Positions 1-8,149 of a stretch of DNA of 32,000 nt are shown here, in pieces. The stretch lies in NCBI GenBank assembly GCA_942493105.1, contig OW818668.1, forward strand, positions 270,001 to 302,000, in the 5' to 3' direction. The notes below the pieces were generated by a model. It did not search any database. It saw only the letters and a list, made by a program, of their open reading frames with translations, and had not been told where the DNA came from. The stretch's first letter is position 1, and every line of letters starts with the position of its first letter. This stretch comes from an uncultured Erysipelotrichaceae bacterium (GTDB taxonomy: Bacteria > Bacillota_I > Bacilli_A > Erysipelotrichales > Erysipelotrichaceae). The position numbers were made by a program, and so were the translations under genes.

Positions 1-531
1 GGTTTGACGTTCCCCTTTATACCATAGGTAAGCCATGACGACGAGTCGGATATCTTCGCTTTCTTCGAGGTAATGTCCAATGAAGCCTAAGAGTTGTTCA
101 CGATCTTGAGAAGCCAAGAATTGAAATAAATCAAAATACTTATCATTGTTGATTTCAGTAATGAGCTCTTTAAGTACCAAGTCTTCTTCATTCTCTTCAT
201 CGATATCTGCATCATTGAAGTGATATTCACTGCTTTTGATCGATTTAGGATCAAACCCTTTGTCAACCAAAAGCTGTAAAAGACTGGCTGCAGTATGTTT
301 GCATAGACCTACACCGCGATATGGACAGTCACAATGGGTAAATACGACTTCTTCATCACGAAAACGGATCTCGACACGATAGATCCCTCCTCGGTTGTTT
401 TGGACATGACTTTGAGCATGATCTTCATCATGATCTAGAAGCAATACCCCTTGATGATCGACCAAATCGATGGCTCTTTGTAGAACCAAAGCTCTGGTAC
501 GCGCTGTGAAGTTTCTAAGTTTAAAGGGCAT
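1..531 (-). CDS. SWIM zinc-finger domain protein (N-terminal 177 aa; C-terminus lies beyond the window start)
   Basis: Absent from the ORF track because it runs off the window. Manual reverse translation from ATG at 531-529 gives MPFKLRNFTARTRALVLQRAIDLVDHQ...EVVFTHCDCPYRGVGLCKHTAASLLQLL... and stays open to position 1. CxC-x7-CxH matches the SWIM zinc-finger signature. It starts 29 nt downstream of msrB on the same strand. Confidence 0.6.
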   Translation of the reverse strand, partial: MPFKLRNFTARTRALVLQRAIDLVDHQGVLLLDHDEDHAQSHVQNNRGGIYRVEIRFRDEEVVFTHCDCPYRGVGLCKHTAASLLQLLVDKGFDPKSIKSSEYHFNDADIDEENEEDLVLKELITEINNDKYFDLFQFLASQDREQLLGFIGHYLEESEDIRLVVMAYLWYKGERQT

Positions 532-560
532 GGTTTTACCTTGCCCTTATTTTAGCATAT

Positions 561-977
561 TTATTCAAAGAGTGCCTTGTATTGGCCATATCCTTGTTCC
601 TCAAGCTGTTCTTTGGGAATGAAACGCAAAGATGCCCCATTGATACAAAAGCGAGGTAATCCCCGAGGACCATCATCAAAGACATGACCTAAATGACTAT
701 CCGCTTCTTTAGATCTCACTTCAACCCGAATCATCCCAAAAGAAACATCGCGTTTGGATACAACTTGAGCAGGATCGATGGGTTTTGTAAAACTTGGCCA
801 TCCGCAACCGCTGTCAAATTTATCTTTGGATGAAAAGAGCGCTTCTCCCGAAACGATATCCACATAGATCCCATCTTTGAAAAGATGATCATATGGATTT
901 GAAAAGGGTCTTTCGGTTGCCCCTTTTTGGGTTACTTCATACTGTAAAGGCGTTAGTTGACTTAGATCAAATTTCAT
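561..977 (-). CDS. msrB: peptide-methionine (R)-S-oxide reductase MsrB
   Basis: [25 protein letters not shown]...SGCGWPSF...[21 protein letters not shown]...[11 protein letters not shown] carries the typical MsrB (SelR) motifs. I start at the internal ATG (977, residue 39 of the track ORF), preceded by AAAGGTAGG. The upstream 38 codons look non-coding. Confidence 0.9.
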   Translation of the reverse strand: MKFDLSQLTPLQYEVTQKGATERPFSNPYDHLFKDGIYVDIVSGEALFSSKDKFDSGCGWPSFTKPIDPAQVVSKRDVSFGMIRVEVRSKEADSHLGHVFDDGPRGLPRFCINGASLRFIPKEQLEEQGYGQYKALFE

Positions 978-1230
978 AGGGATTAACCTACCTTTCAATA
1001 AATGTTTATGGAAACAATCACAACTCATCTTTTGACTCAGCATATGAATCATTTTGATCTTCGATGATATAAAGACACAGATCATGATCATTTAAGCTCA
1101 AAAGATTTGTGTGACTATCCTATCATGAACTCTTTAATGGGTAAACATAAATGCACATAAATGCTCAGCAGAAACTCATCAAATAATTTCTCTGCTCAAG
1201 TTCATATATCAGCTATTTTTTTACAGCTCA

Positions 1231-1260
1231 TAAAAAAGCCGATCTGCTTGAGATCGGCTT
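1231..1260 (-). terminator. rho-independent terminator downstream of the CoA-disulfide reductase-family gene
   Basis: AAGCCGATCT (1236-1245) / loop GCTTG / AGATCGGCTT (1251-1260) forms a perfect 10-bp stem. On the minus strand it is followed by a run of Ts (plus-strand A run 1232-1237). Confidence 0.7.
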
Positions 1261-1279
1261 ATAAAATTATTTACATCAC

Positions 1280-3766
1280 TTAGATAAATAGGGTTGTCCC
1301 AACGTTTTCGTTGTGGGAGATGTAGGTCCCTACGCCACCCAATTCTACCCCATCGATCAATTCTGCAGCTTTGATGCCCATAAGATCCATACTCATTGTA
1401 CAGGCAATGAACTTGACCCCTAGATCAGCACAGCTCTTCATCATCAAATCCAATGAATCTACATTCTTTTGTTTCATGATCATCTTGATCATTTCAGGAC
1501 CCATACCCATCATATTCATACTGGATAAAGGTAAGTGCTTGGTTCCACGAGGCATCATGAATCCAAACATCTTCTCAATGAAATTTTTCTTGACTGAGAC
1601 ATGAGTTGATTTACGTAAAACATTTAATCCCCAGAAGGTGAAGAAGATGGTGACTTTTTTGCCTTGAGCAGCTGCACCTTGGGCAATGATCATGGATGCC
1701 AATGCTTTATCCAGTTCGCCTGAGAATAAGACGATGGTTGCATTTTCTTGATTCAAAGCACCTGTGCTTAATTTTGCTTGGGATTTTTGTCCCTTCACGA
1801 TTTCAGCGATGTATTTGTTGCCTTCAAGATTGAGGGAAACTAAAGTATGACCATTACTCTTACACCAATTTTCAACATCACTGGAGAAGCCTGGATCGGT
1901 TGCGATGATACGTACACCATCGCCCTCATTGGCATTCTGAATAGCTTTATAAAGCGATAATAAAGGTCCTGGGCATTGCATCCCTGTTACGTCGACTACT
2001 GTGAAATTGCCTTTAGGAGCCACAGTCTTAGCTTGGCCTGTTGTTTCATCGACTTTGTCTGCACTGATCGATGTCCGATTGGCTGAATTCAAAACATACT
2101 TATATGATTTATAGGTGCTGTATCCACCAGAAACATTATACAGATTGGTAAATCCATGGGCTCTTAAGATTCGAATCGCGATGTAAGCACGTAATCCAAC
2201 TTGGCAATTGACATGGATCGGAGTATCTTTAGATACAGTGATTTCACCTAGACGATCTCTCAATTCATCGACTTCGATGTTTAAGGCATTTCCGATATGA
2301 CCTGTACTATATTCAATCGGTGTACGAACATCCAGGAAGAAAGCATCTTGTTTGACCAGTTCATCGATTTGAGCTGGATAAGTTACTTTATAATCCCCTG
2401 ATATAACGTTTTCCGCTATATAACCCAGGATATTGACTGGATCTTTTGCAGAAGAGAACGGAGGTGCATAAGCCAATTCTAAATCAGATAAATCAGTGAC
2501 CTTGGCTTTACATTTAATTGCGGTCGCAATGACATCGATTCTTTTTTCTGTGCCATCCTGTCCTACTGCTTGAGCTCCAACGATTTCTAAAGTATCCGTG
2601 TTATATATCAACTTTAGGGATATGTTGGTTGCATTTGGATAATATGAAGCATGATTATTTCTGTGGGCATGAATGGATTGAACTGGGATCTTTCTCATTT
2701 CAGCCAAACGTTGATTGTTGCCTGTTGCGGCGACAGTTAGATTAAAGACTTTGAGCACAGAAGTTCCAAGTGAACCTTTATATTCAACATCGGCACCATG
2801 GATGATATCGGCAACCAAACGTCCTTGACGATTGGCTGGCCATGCTAAAGCAATGGCAGTATCAACATTCGCAACGACATCATTGACTTGAATCGCATCA
2901 CCGATGGCATAGATGCCTTCAACGATTGCATTGGTTTTAGCGTCCATGACTTGAAGTTTTGATGTTGTGGCGATATGACCACGAGGGCCAACCAATAGTT
3001 CTGCTTTTTTAGCTAATGTATTTTCAGGAACAACCCCAATAGCTAAAATGATCAAATCGGTCTCAATGGTTTTACCTGATTCTAAGTTAACATTCTTACC
3101 TTGATTAGAGAAATTCAATAAACCATCACCTAAAACCAACTTTACACCATGGGTATTGAGTTCTTGATGAACCAATTGAGCCAATTCAAAATCGATCGGC
3201 GCCATGACTTGCGGCATTTTTTCAACGATGGTGACTTCAATTCCACGTTCAACAAGATTTTCAGCCATTTCTACACCAATGAAACCACCACCTACAACGA
3301 CAGCCTTTTTAGGTTGTTTTGTTTCGATGAAACGGAAAATCGCATCGGTATCCGGGATATTTCTTAGTGTGAAAAGATTGGTAGCTTCTTTAAGACCTTC
3401 CAGAGGAGGAACAATCGGTTTGGCTCCTGGAGATAAAATCAAAACATCATAGGATTCAGTATAGATTTCGCCTGTCTTTGTCTTTTTGACACTGACAGTC
3501 TTGTCTGCACGGTTGATATCAACGACTTCAGAGAAATTTCGGATGTCCATATTGAAACGTTCGGTCATCCCATCAACGGTTTGAACCAACAAATCGTCGC
3601 GATCTGTAATCACTTTACCGATGTAGTAAGGCAGTCCGCAATTCGCAAAACTGATATACTCATCTCTTTCAAACATAATGATCTGATCTTCTTCACTTAA
3701 ACGGCGTAATCTGGCAGCTGCGGTTGCACCACCAGCGACACCTCCAACAATAAGAATTTTTTTCAT
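1280..3766 (-). CDS. CoA-disulfide reductase / NADH-dependent persulfide reductase family flavoprotein fused to rhodanese, TusA(SirA)-like and DsrE/DsrF-like domains
   Basis: N-terminal GGVAGGATAA FAD fold with redox Cys in SFANCGLPYY (CoADR/Nox family). Rhodanese active-site loop is VNCQVGLRAY, the TusA motif is GMQCPGPLL, and the C-terminal DsrE-like region is ATIVLFSGELDKA...FFTFWGLN...KFIACTMSMD. Single 828-aa ORF. Confidence 0.85.
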   Translation of the reverse strand: MKKILIVGGVAGGATAAARLRRLSEEDQIIMFERDEYISFANCGLPYYIGKVITDRDDLLVQTVDGMTERFNMDIRNFSEVVDINRADKTVSVKKTKTGEIYTESYDVLILSPGAKPIVPPLEGLKEATNLFTLRNIPDTDAIFRFIETKQPKKAVVVGGGFIGVEMAENLVERGIEVTIVEKMPQVMAPIDFELAQLVHQELNTHGVKLVLGDGLLNFSNQGKNVNLESGKTIETDLIILAIGVVPENTLAKKAELLVGPRGHIATTSKLQVMDAKTNAIVEGIYAIGDAIQVNDVVANVDTAIALAWPANRQGRLVADIIHGADVEYKGSLGTSVLKVFNLTVAATGNNQRLAEMRKIPVQSIHAHRNNHASYYPNATNISLKLIYNTDTLEIVGAQAVGQDGTEKRIDVIATAIKCKAKVTDLSDLELAYAPPFSSAKDPVNILGYIAENVISGDYKVTYPAQIDELVKQDAFFLDVRTPIEYSTGHIGNALNIEVDELRDRLGEITVSKDTPIHVNCQVGLRAYIAIRILRAHGFTNLYNVSGGYSTYKSYKYVLNSANRTSISADKVDETTGQAKTVAPKGNFTVVDVTGMQCPGPLLSLYKAIQNANEGDGVRIIATDPGFSSDVENWCKSNGHTLVSLNLEGNKYIAEIVKGQKSQAKLSTGALNQENATIVLFSGELDKALASMIIAQGAAAQGKKVTIFFTFWGLNVLRKSTHVSVKKNFIEKMFGFMMPRGTKHLPLSSMNMMGMGPEMIKMIMKQKNVDSLDLMMKSCADLGVKFIACTMSMDLMGIKAAELIDGVELGGVGTYISHNENVGTTLFI

Positions 3767-3963
3767 TTAAGGGTCCTTTCCTTAAGATTGTCCAATGACA
3801 GTTTAGTCACTTTATGTGTGAACATCAAGTATAAAATCCTAAAAACTCTAAAATATGTGAATTATCTCCAAACTTTATAATATTTCTTGTTTTTTCACAT
3901 GAATAGACCACATTAAGTCCTTTTATGGTGAAAAGAATAGAATATTTTACATGGAAAATAGTA

Positions 3964-3991
3964 TAAAAAACTCGATTGTAAATTCGAGTTT
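3964..3991 (-). terminator. rho-independent terminator after the WYL / DprA-like operon
   Basis: AAACTCGA (3968-3975) pairs with TCGAGTTT (3984-3991) around an 8-nt loop. On the minus strand the hairpin is followed by a T run (plus-strand A run 3965-3970). It lies 38 nt past the stop at 4029. Confidence 0.6.
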
Positions 3992-4028
3992 AGTTAAATG
4001 AATATAGATACAAGAATTTGCCAAATTT

Positions 4029-4913
4029 CTATTTCTGTATATAATACAGAAACATTGCATCTATGTTTTTTCGGATATCCAAACGATTCATCGGTAAGAT
4101 CAACTCATGGCGAGCATAATCAAAAAACGGAACGATCAAAGGCTTGTGTGAAGAAAGACAACGCAAGCAACCTTCAAGTCTTAAATCAGTTGCTTGTTCA
4201 CTCAACAAGATACCTGCTTTAGAGATTGAGATCGCCATCGCATCGGTGATGACTTGCATTTGATCTAGATTGGTTTCATCTGGTGAGATCGCAGAAATCA
4301 GCAGATGCTTGACTTTTGATTGATTACACGGAAAAAAGGTTGATTTAAAAATAGACTTGTTTAAAGAATTATTGACCAAAACAATACTGGAGACCTCTAA
4401 AGTATGAATCTTCGCATACAAGATATGATTGAGAGGCGTTTGTTGAGACAACACAAGAACTTCTCTGGAGCCGTCAAATTGATTCAGTATCTCTAATGAA
4501 GCTTGTATCAATCGATCGGCTTGGCCCACATTACTGATCAGTGCTAACTTAGGTAATCTGCGTTCCAGTAAATCTGTGTCACCGCAAGTATAGATAAATA
4601 ACGGCGCATCAGTTCCTAAATCGTTGATGAAGCTGCTTGGATACTCAATCTCATAGCGATGATAGATCCTGATGCGTGGTTTTAATCGAGCAAAAGCAGC
4701 TTCTGTTTCCCTTCTTAAAAGCTGATAAATCACAGGAAAGAATTCTACGAATTTGGTTGCCTCAAAATGAGTATGATAAAAAGTCTGGACATCCAATAGG
4801 TCCATAAGATTATCTTTGGTGATAAGTTTAGACACTGCCCTTTCATCTTGAACCAATTTCTTTAAGATTGCGTAGTTGATGGCTAAATGTCGATTGAGTT
4901 GGTTTTGATTCAT
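4029..4913 (-). CDS. hypothetical protein with divergent DprA/Smf-like (SLOG-superfamily Rossmann) pattern
   Basis: 294 aa. APLFIYTCGDTDLLERRLPKLALISNVG... then EVLVLSQQTPLN... then HLLISAISPDE...MAISISKAGILLSEQ...HKPLIVP runs parallel by eye to the DprA blocks (LYxxGNxxLL, vaIVGSR, vSGxAxGID, liSEyPP, RNRiiaGLS..vlVvEA, reVfavP). The GxAxGID motif is not conserved. Start overlaps the upstream stop (ATGA). Confidence 0.45.
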   Translation of the reverse strand: MNQNQLNRHLAINYAILKKLVQDERAVSKLITKDNLMDLLDVQTFYHTHFEATKFVEFFPVIYQLLRRETEAAFARLKPRIRIYHRYEIEYPSSFINDLGTDAPLFIYTCGDTDLLERRLPKLALISNVGQADRLIQASLEILNQFDGSREVLVLSQQTPLNHILYAKIHTLEVSSIVLVNNSLNKSIFKSTFFPCNQSKVKHLLISAISPDETNLDQMQVITDAMAISISKAGILLSEQATDLRLEGCLRCLSSHKPLIVPFFDYARHELILPMNRLDIRKNIDAMFLYYIQK

Positions 4914-5941
4914 GTGTGATTCTTTAGATTGAGTTCAAGCCTATGTTTATAATCTTGGATAACGTGGTTAGGAGATAAGATCTTGATTTGGTCACCGAAA
5001 GTAAAGATCCAGGCATAAAAAGTGGGGCTAGTTTGCACATTCAGTTTTACACTGAAATGTTTATCGTCATAAGGAATGACCTCGATCTGACGTCCATAAT
5101 GATCGATCACGGCTCCAATCAAATCATTCTTGATTTTTAACGTTACTATTTCTTGTTGTCCAGAAAACATATCAAATATCCCCTCAATATGTTTTTGCAG
5201 ATTCAAGGTTGAAGGGACAGGGATTACCTTGAATTCAGTTGAAGATACCTGTTCCATTTTATCAATACGATACGTTATAAATTCTTTGTGTTTATCATGA
5301 TAGGCAACCATATAATATTTATCATCATCCCATATTAAACAAACAGGATTAGCTGTATAAAAACCCCCGCTTTTTCTAAATACTTTTTCTTTTATCAAAC
5401 CGATATCATAGTATTTAAATTTGATTTGTACTTTATCGCTTATGGCTTGATGAATCGTATTGACTGAGACATATATTTTTTCATTATCTGTTTTTGGACG
5501 CTTTGTGATTAAAACCTGCTGTTGTAACTTTTGAGCCTCATAGACACTAACATTAGATGTGACCAGTTTACCAATCAGTTCTTGGCTTTTCTTTTCTGTG
5601 ATGAATTTTGCGGCCAATACAGCGTCTACCAGTAACTTTAGTTCAGGCAATTCGAATTGACGATTCCCGATGGAATATTGATTTTGCTTGGCACGATTGG
5701 TAATGATGTCGACGCCTGTGCTTTCCAAGAGCTTGATGTATTGATAAATGCTTTTTCGTTCAGTTGAAATGCCTTCTGTTGAAAGTTTGTTCATAATGTC
5801 TTTAACACTAAGCTGATGATTATCATCACTGTACTTCAATAAAATATCATAAACTTTTAAAAGCTTAAGTTGATTTTTACCTACATTACTTTGATGATAC
5901 TGATCATCTTCTTGATCTAAATTGCTATCTAGTGGTTCCAT
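4910..5941 (-). CDS. HTH + WYL domain transcriptional regulator (PafBC/BrxR/CapW-like architecture)
   Basis: 343 aa. N-terminal winged-HTH-like LKVYDILLKYSDDNHQLSVKDIMNKL...ERKSIYQYIKLLE. Central WYL-type region IKFKYYD...ANPVCLIWDDDKYYMVAYH...ITYRIDKM. C-terminal extension (WCX-like) ...FYAWIFTFGDQIKILSP. Confidence 0.8.
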   Translation of the reverse strand: MEPLDSNLDQEDDQYHQSNVGKNQLKLLKVYDILLKYSDDNHQLSVKDIMNKLSTEGISTERKSIYQYIKLLESTGVDIITNRAKQNQYSIGNRQFELPELKLLVDAVLAAKFITEKKSQELIGKLVTSNVSVYEAQKLQQQVLITKRPKTDNEKIYVSVNTIHQAISDKVQIKFKYYDIGLIKEKVFRKSGGFYTANPVCLIWDDDKYYMVAYHDKHKEFITYRIDKMEQVSSTEFKVIPVPSTLNLQKHIEGIFDMFSGQQEIVTLKIKNDLIGAVIDHYGRQIEVIPYDDKHFSVKLNVQTSPTFYAWIFTFGDQIKILSPNHVIQDYKHRLELNLKNHT

Positions 5942-6065
5942 AAGTGACCTCGCGTGATGTTTCTATTGTACAACCCTTTGGACAGATAAACAAGGAAGCT
6001 TGGATGAAAAGACTTTTAATAGACCCGCTTTTCTTCTATAATAAAGGCAATGAAATGAGGCTCAT

Positions 6066-7292
6066 ATGGAAACCCTATTAGAACGTTTTATCCGTTATGC
6101 AAAAATAAACACCAGGTCTGATGAAAGCAGTCAAACTGTCCCTTCAACATTAAACCAAGTAGAGTTCGCTAAGATGCTGGAAAATGACTTAAAAGGCTTA
6201 GGCCTCAGTGATGTTAAAATACATCCAGTAAATGGATTTGTTTGTGCAACATTGCCTTCCAATACAGATAAAGCAGTTGATCCTATAGGATTCATAGCTC
6301 ATATCGATACAGCAGATTTCAATTCTGAAAACATTCAGCCACAAGTGGTCACCAACTATGATGGATTGGATATCGTCCTTAATAAAGACCAAAACATGAT
6401 CTTGTCTCCAACTCTTTTTCCTGCATTACTGGATTTAAAAGGCCACACGTTGATTACGACAGATGGTACGACACTACTTGGTGCTGATGATAAAGCTGGT
6501 GTCTGCGAAATCATTGAAGCCATGATCCATTTGTTAAAACATCCTGAAATCAAACATGGAGAAATCAAGATTGCCTTTGGACCTGATGAAGAAATTGGAA
6601 GAGGCGCAGATTTATTTGATGTAAAAGATTTTAATACTGCTTTTGCCTATACGATGGATGGCTCTGTCTTAGGTGAATTGGAATATGAAAGTTTCAATGC
6701 TGCTAAGGCTTTGGTTAAACTTCATGGGGTCTCTGTTCATCCAGGTGGCGCAAAAGATAAGATGATTTCTACAAGTAAACTTGCCTTTGAATTTGATAGC
6801 CTGTTGCCTCAAAACGAAGTTCCAGAGCATACTGAAGGCAAAGAAGGCTTCTATTTCTTATCAAGTATGAAAACAGAAGTTGAAGAAGGCGAGATGCACT
6901 ACATCATCAGAGATCATGATAAAGCTAAGTTTCTTTTAAGAAAAGAACAGATACAAAAGAATGCAGCGTATCTTAATGATAAATATGGTGCCAATCGTTT
7001 TGAAGTCATCCTAAATGACCAATACTACAATATGAAAGATGTCATTCAAAATGACATGCGTTCAGTAAACTTAGCTCTTAAAGCCATGGAAAACTTAGGC
7101 ATTGAATCCAAAATTTCTGCCATCCGCGGAGGTACAGATGGATCCAAGATCTCCTTCATGGGGATACCGACCCCTAACCTCTTTACAGGCGGAGGCAATT
7201 ATCATGGGAAGTATGAATATGTCTCTTATGAAGTGATGTTGAAGGCTGTTGATACCATCGTTGAGATCGCAAGGCTCCACGCTGCTTCTTAA
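6066..7292 (+). CDS. pepT: peptidase T (tripeptide aminopeptidase, M20B)
   Basis: LERFIRYAKINTRSDESS...IGFIAHIDTADF...TTLLGADDKAGV...FGPDEEIG...IRGGTDGS... are hallmark PepT blocks over the full 408 aa. RBS-like GAGG lies upstream of the ATG. Confidence 0.92.
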   Translation: METLLERFIRYAKINTRSDESSQTVPSTLNQVEFAKMLENDLKGLGLSDVKIHPVNGFVCATLPSNTDKAVDPIGFIAHIDTADFNSENIQPQVVTNYDGLDIVLNKDQNMILSPTLFPALLDLKGHTLITTDGTTLLGADDKAGVCEIIEAMIHLLKHPEIKHGEIKIAFGPDEEIGRGADLFDVKDFNTAFAYTMDGSVLGELEYESFNAAKALVKLHGVSVHPGGAKDKMISTSKLAFEFDSLLPQNEVPEHTEGKEGFYFLSSMKTEVEEGEMHYIIRDHDKAKFLLRKEQIQKNAAYLNDKYGANRFEVILNDQYYNMKDVIQNDMRSVNLALKAMENLGIESKISAIRGGTDGSKISFMGIPTPNLFTGGGNYHGKYEYVSYEVMLKAVDTIVEIARLHAAS

Positions 7293-7300
7293 ATTCATTT

Positions 7301-7327
7301 AAAAGCTGAGATTTCTCAGCTTTTTTA
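7301..7327. terminator. bidirectional rho-independent terminator between convergent pepT and the radical SAM gene
   Basis: AAAAGCTGAG-ATTT-CTCAGCTTTT (7301-7324) followed by TTT, with A/T runs on both sides. The TAA of the minus-strand gene (7325-7327) lies in the T tract. Confidence 0.75.
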
Positions 7328-8149
7328 TACATTCCCTAAATAAACGTGTTTTAAATAAACATCAGCAATGGATTTTAGTCTTACCAATGTCGCTAAAGGA
7401 GTTGGTTTTAAATTGCTCCATAAATGATTGGGAAAGAATCGTGTGATATGTAAAGGCAGTTCTGGATCGATCGATGCTAACCATTTTGCCTCCGCTTCCA
7501 TATCTTCGTAACTGTCATTTTTACCAGGGATAATGAGGGTTGTGACTTCTACATGGGCAAACTTTTGAGCAGTTTTAATGTTGGTTTTAACATTCTCTAA
7601 ATCACCGCATAATTGTTTATAAAAGTCTGAATTGAATCCCTTCAGATCAATATTATAAGCATCTATAACAGGTAATAGGTGGTTCAGTATCTCAGGTTCA
7701 ACCGTTCCATTGGTGACTAGTACGGTCTTTAAACCTTCTGCCTTGGCAAGTCTTGAGGTCTCCAAAACATATTCATAATTGATTAGGGGTTCATTATATG
7801 TAAAGGCAATCCCAATGTTGCCTTGGCTTTTCATTTTGATTGCCAAGTCTACCACATCCTTTGGCATCATTGTTTGCATAGACAACTCATCTGGTTTTGC
7901 CATTGAAATTGAATGATTCTGACAAAGTGGACACTTGAGATTACAACCGGCAGAACCAATCGATAAGATTTTTGTGCCGGGATAAAATCTTAGAAGAGGC
8001 TTCTTTTCTATTGGGTCTAGTGCGATTGAACTTATTTTCCCATAGTTTAAGGGAACATTTTTTCTTTTATCATTTTTTCTGCCTTGGCAAAATCCAATCT
8101 GTCCTTCTTCAAGATGACAATGATGAAAACATACCATGCATTCAATCAT
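7325..8149 (-). CDS. AmmeMemoRadiSam system radical SAM enzyme
   Basis: MIECMVCFHHCHLEEGQIGFCQGR...ALDPIEKKPL...GSAGCNLKCPLCQNH (CX3CX2C)...FTYNEPL...VLVTNG... are typical of the family. I start at ATG 8149 (8-nt overlap with the upstream stop); ATG 8137 is an alternative. The track ORF extension to 8308 overlaps the upstream gene and is rejected. Confidence 0.85.
   Translation of the reverse strand: MIECMVCFHHCHLEEGQIGFCQGRKNDKRKNVPLNYGKISSIALDPIEKKPLLRFYPGTKILSIGSAGCNLKCPLCQNHSISMAKPDELSMQTMMPKDVVDLAIKMKSQGNIGIAFTYNEPLINYEYVLETSRLAKAEGLKTVLVTNGTVEPEILNHLLPVIDAYNIDLKGFNSDFYKQLCGDLENVKTNIKTAQKFAHVEVTTLIIPGKNDSYEDMEAEAKWLASIDPELPLHITRFFPNHLWSNLKPTPLATLVRLKSIADVYLKHVYLGNV

Noticed and set aside
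978-1091. N-terminal 38-codon extension of the msrB track ORF ([13 protein letters not shown]...)
   Set aside because: It has no similarity to MsrB N-termini. The conserved domain begins at the internal ATG (977), which has its own purine-rich RBS. The extension is low-complexity, AT-rich leader sequence.
1145-1196. Tandem 10-mer ACATAAATGC x2 (1145-1164) and an imperfect hairpin AGCAGAAA...TTTCTCTGCT (1167-1196) in the msrB upstream region
   Set aside because: It is real in the sequence but short and imperfect, with a 2-nt bulge. I recognise no riboswitch or operator family in it. It is probably slippage duplication plus promoter-region sequence.
4029-4913. Calling the 294-aa protein the bona fide competence protein DprA/Smf
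   Set aside because: The length fits, but the highly conserved SGxAxGID and RNRII-type motifs are not preserved, and the gene is coupled to a WYL regulator. I therefore call it only DprA/SLOG-like.
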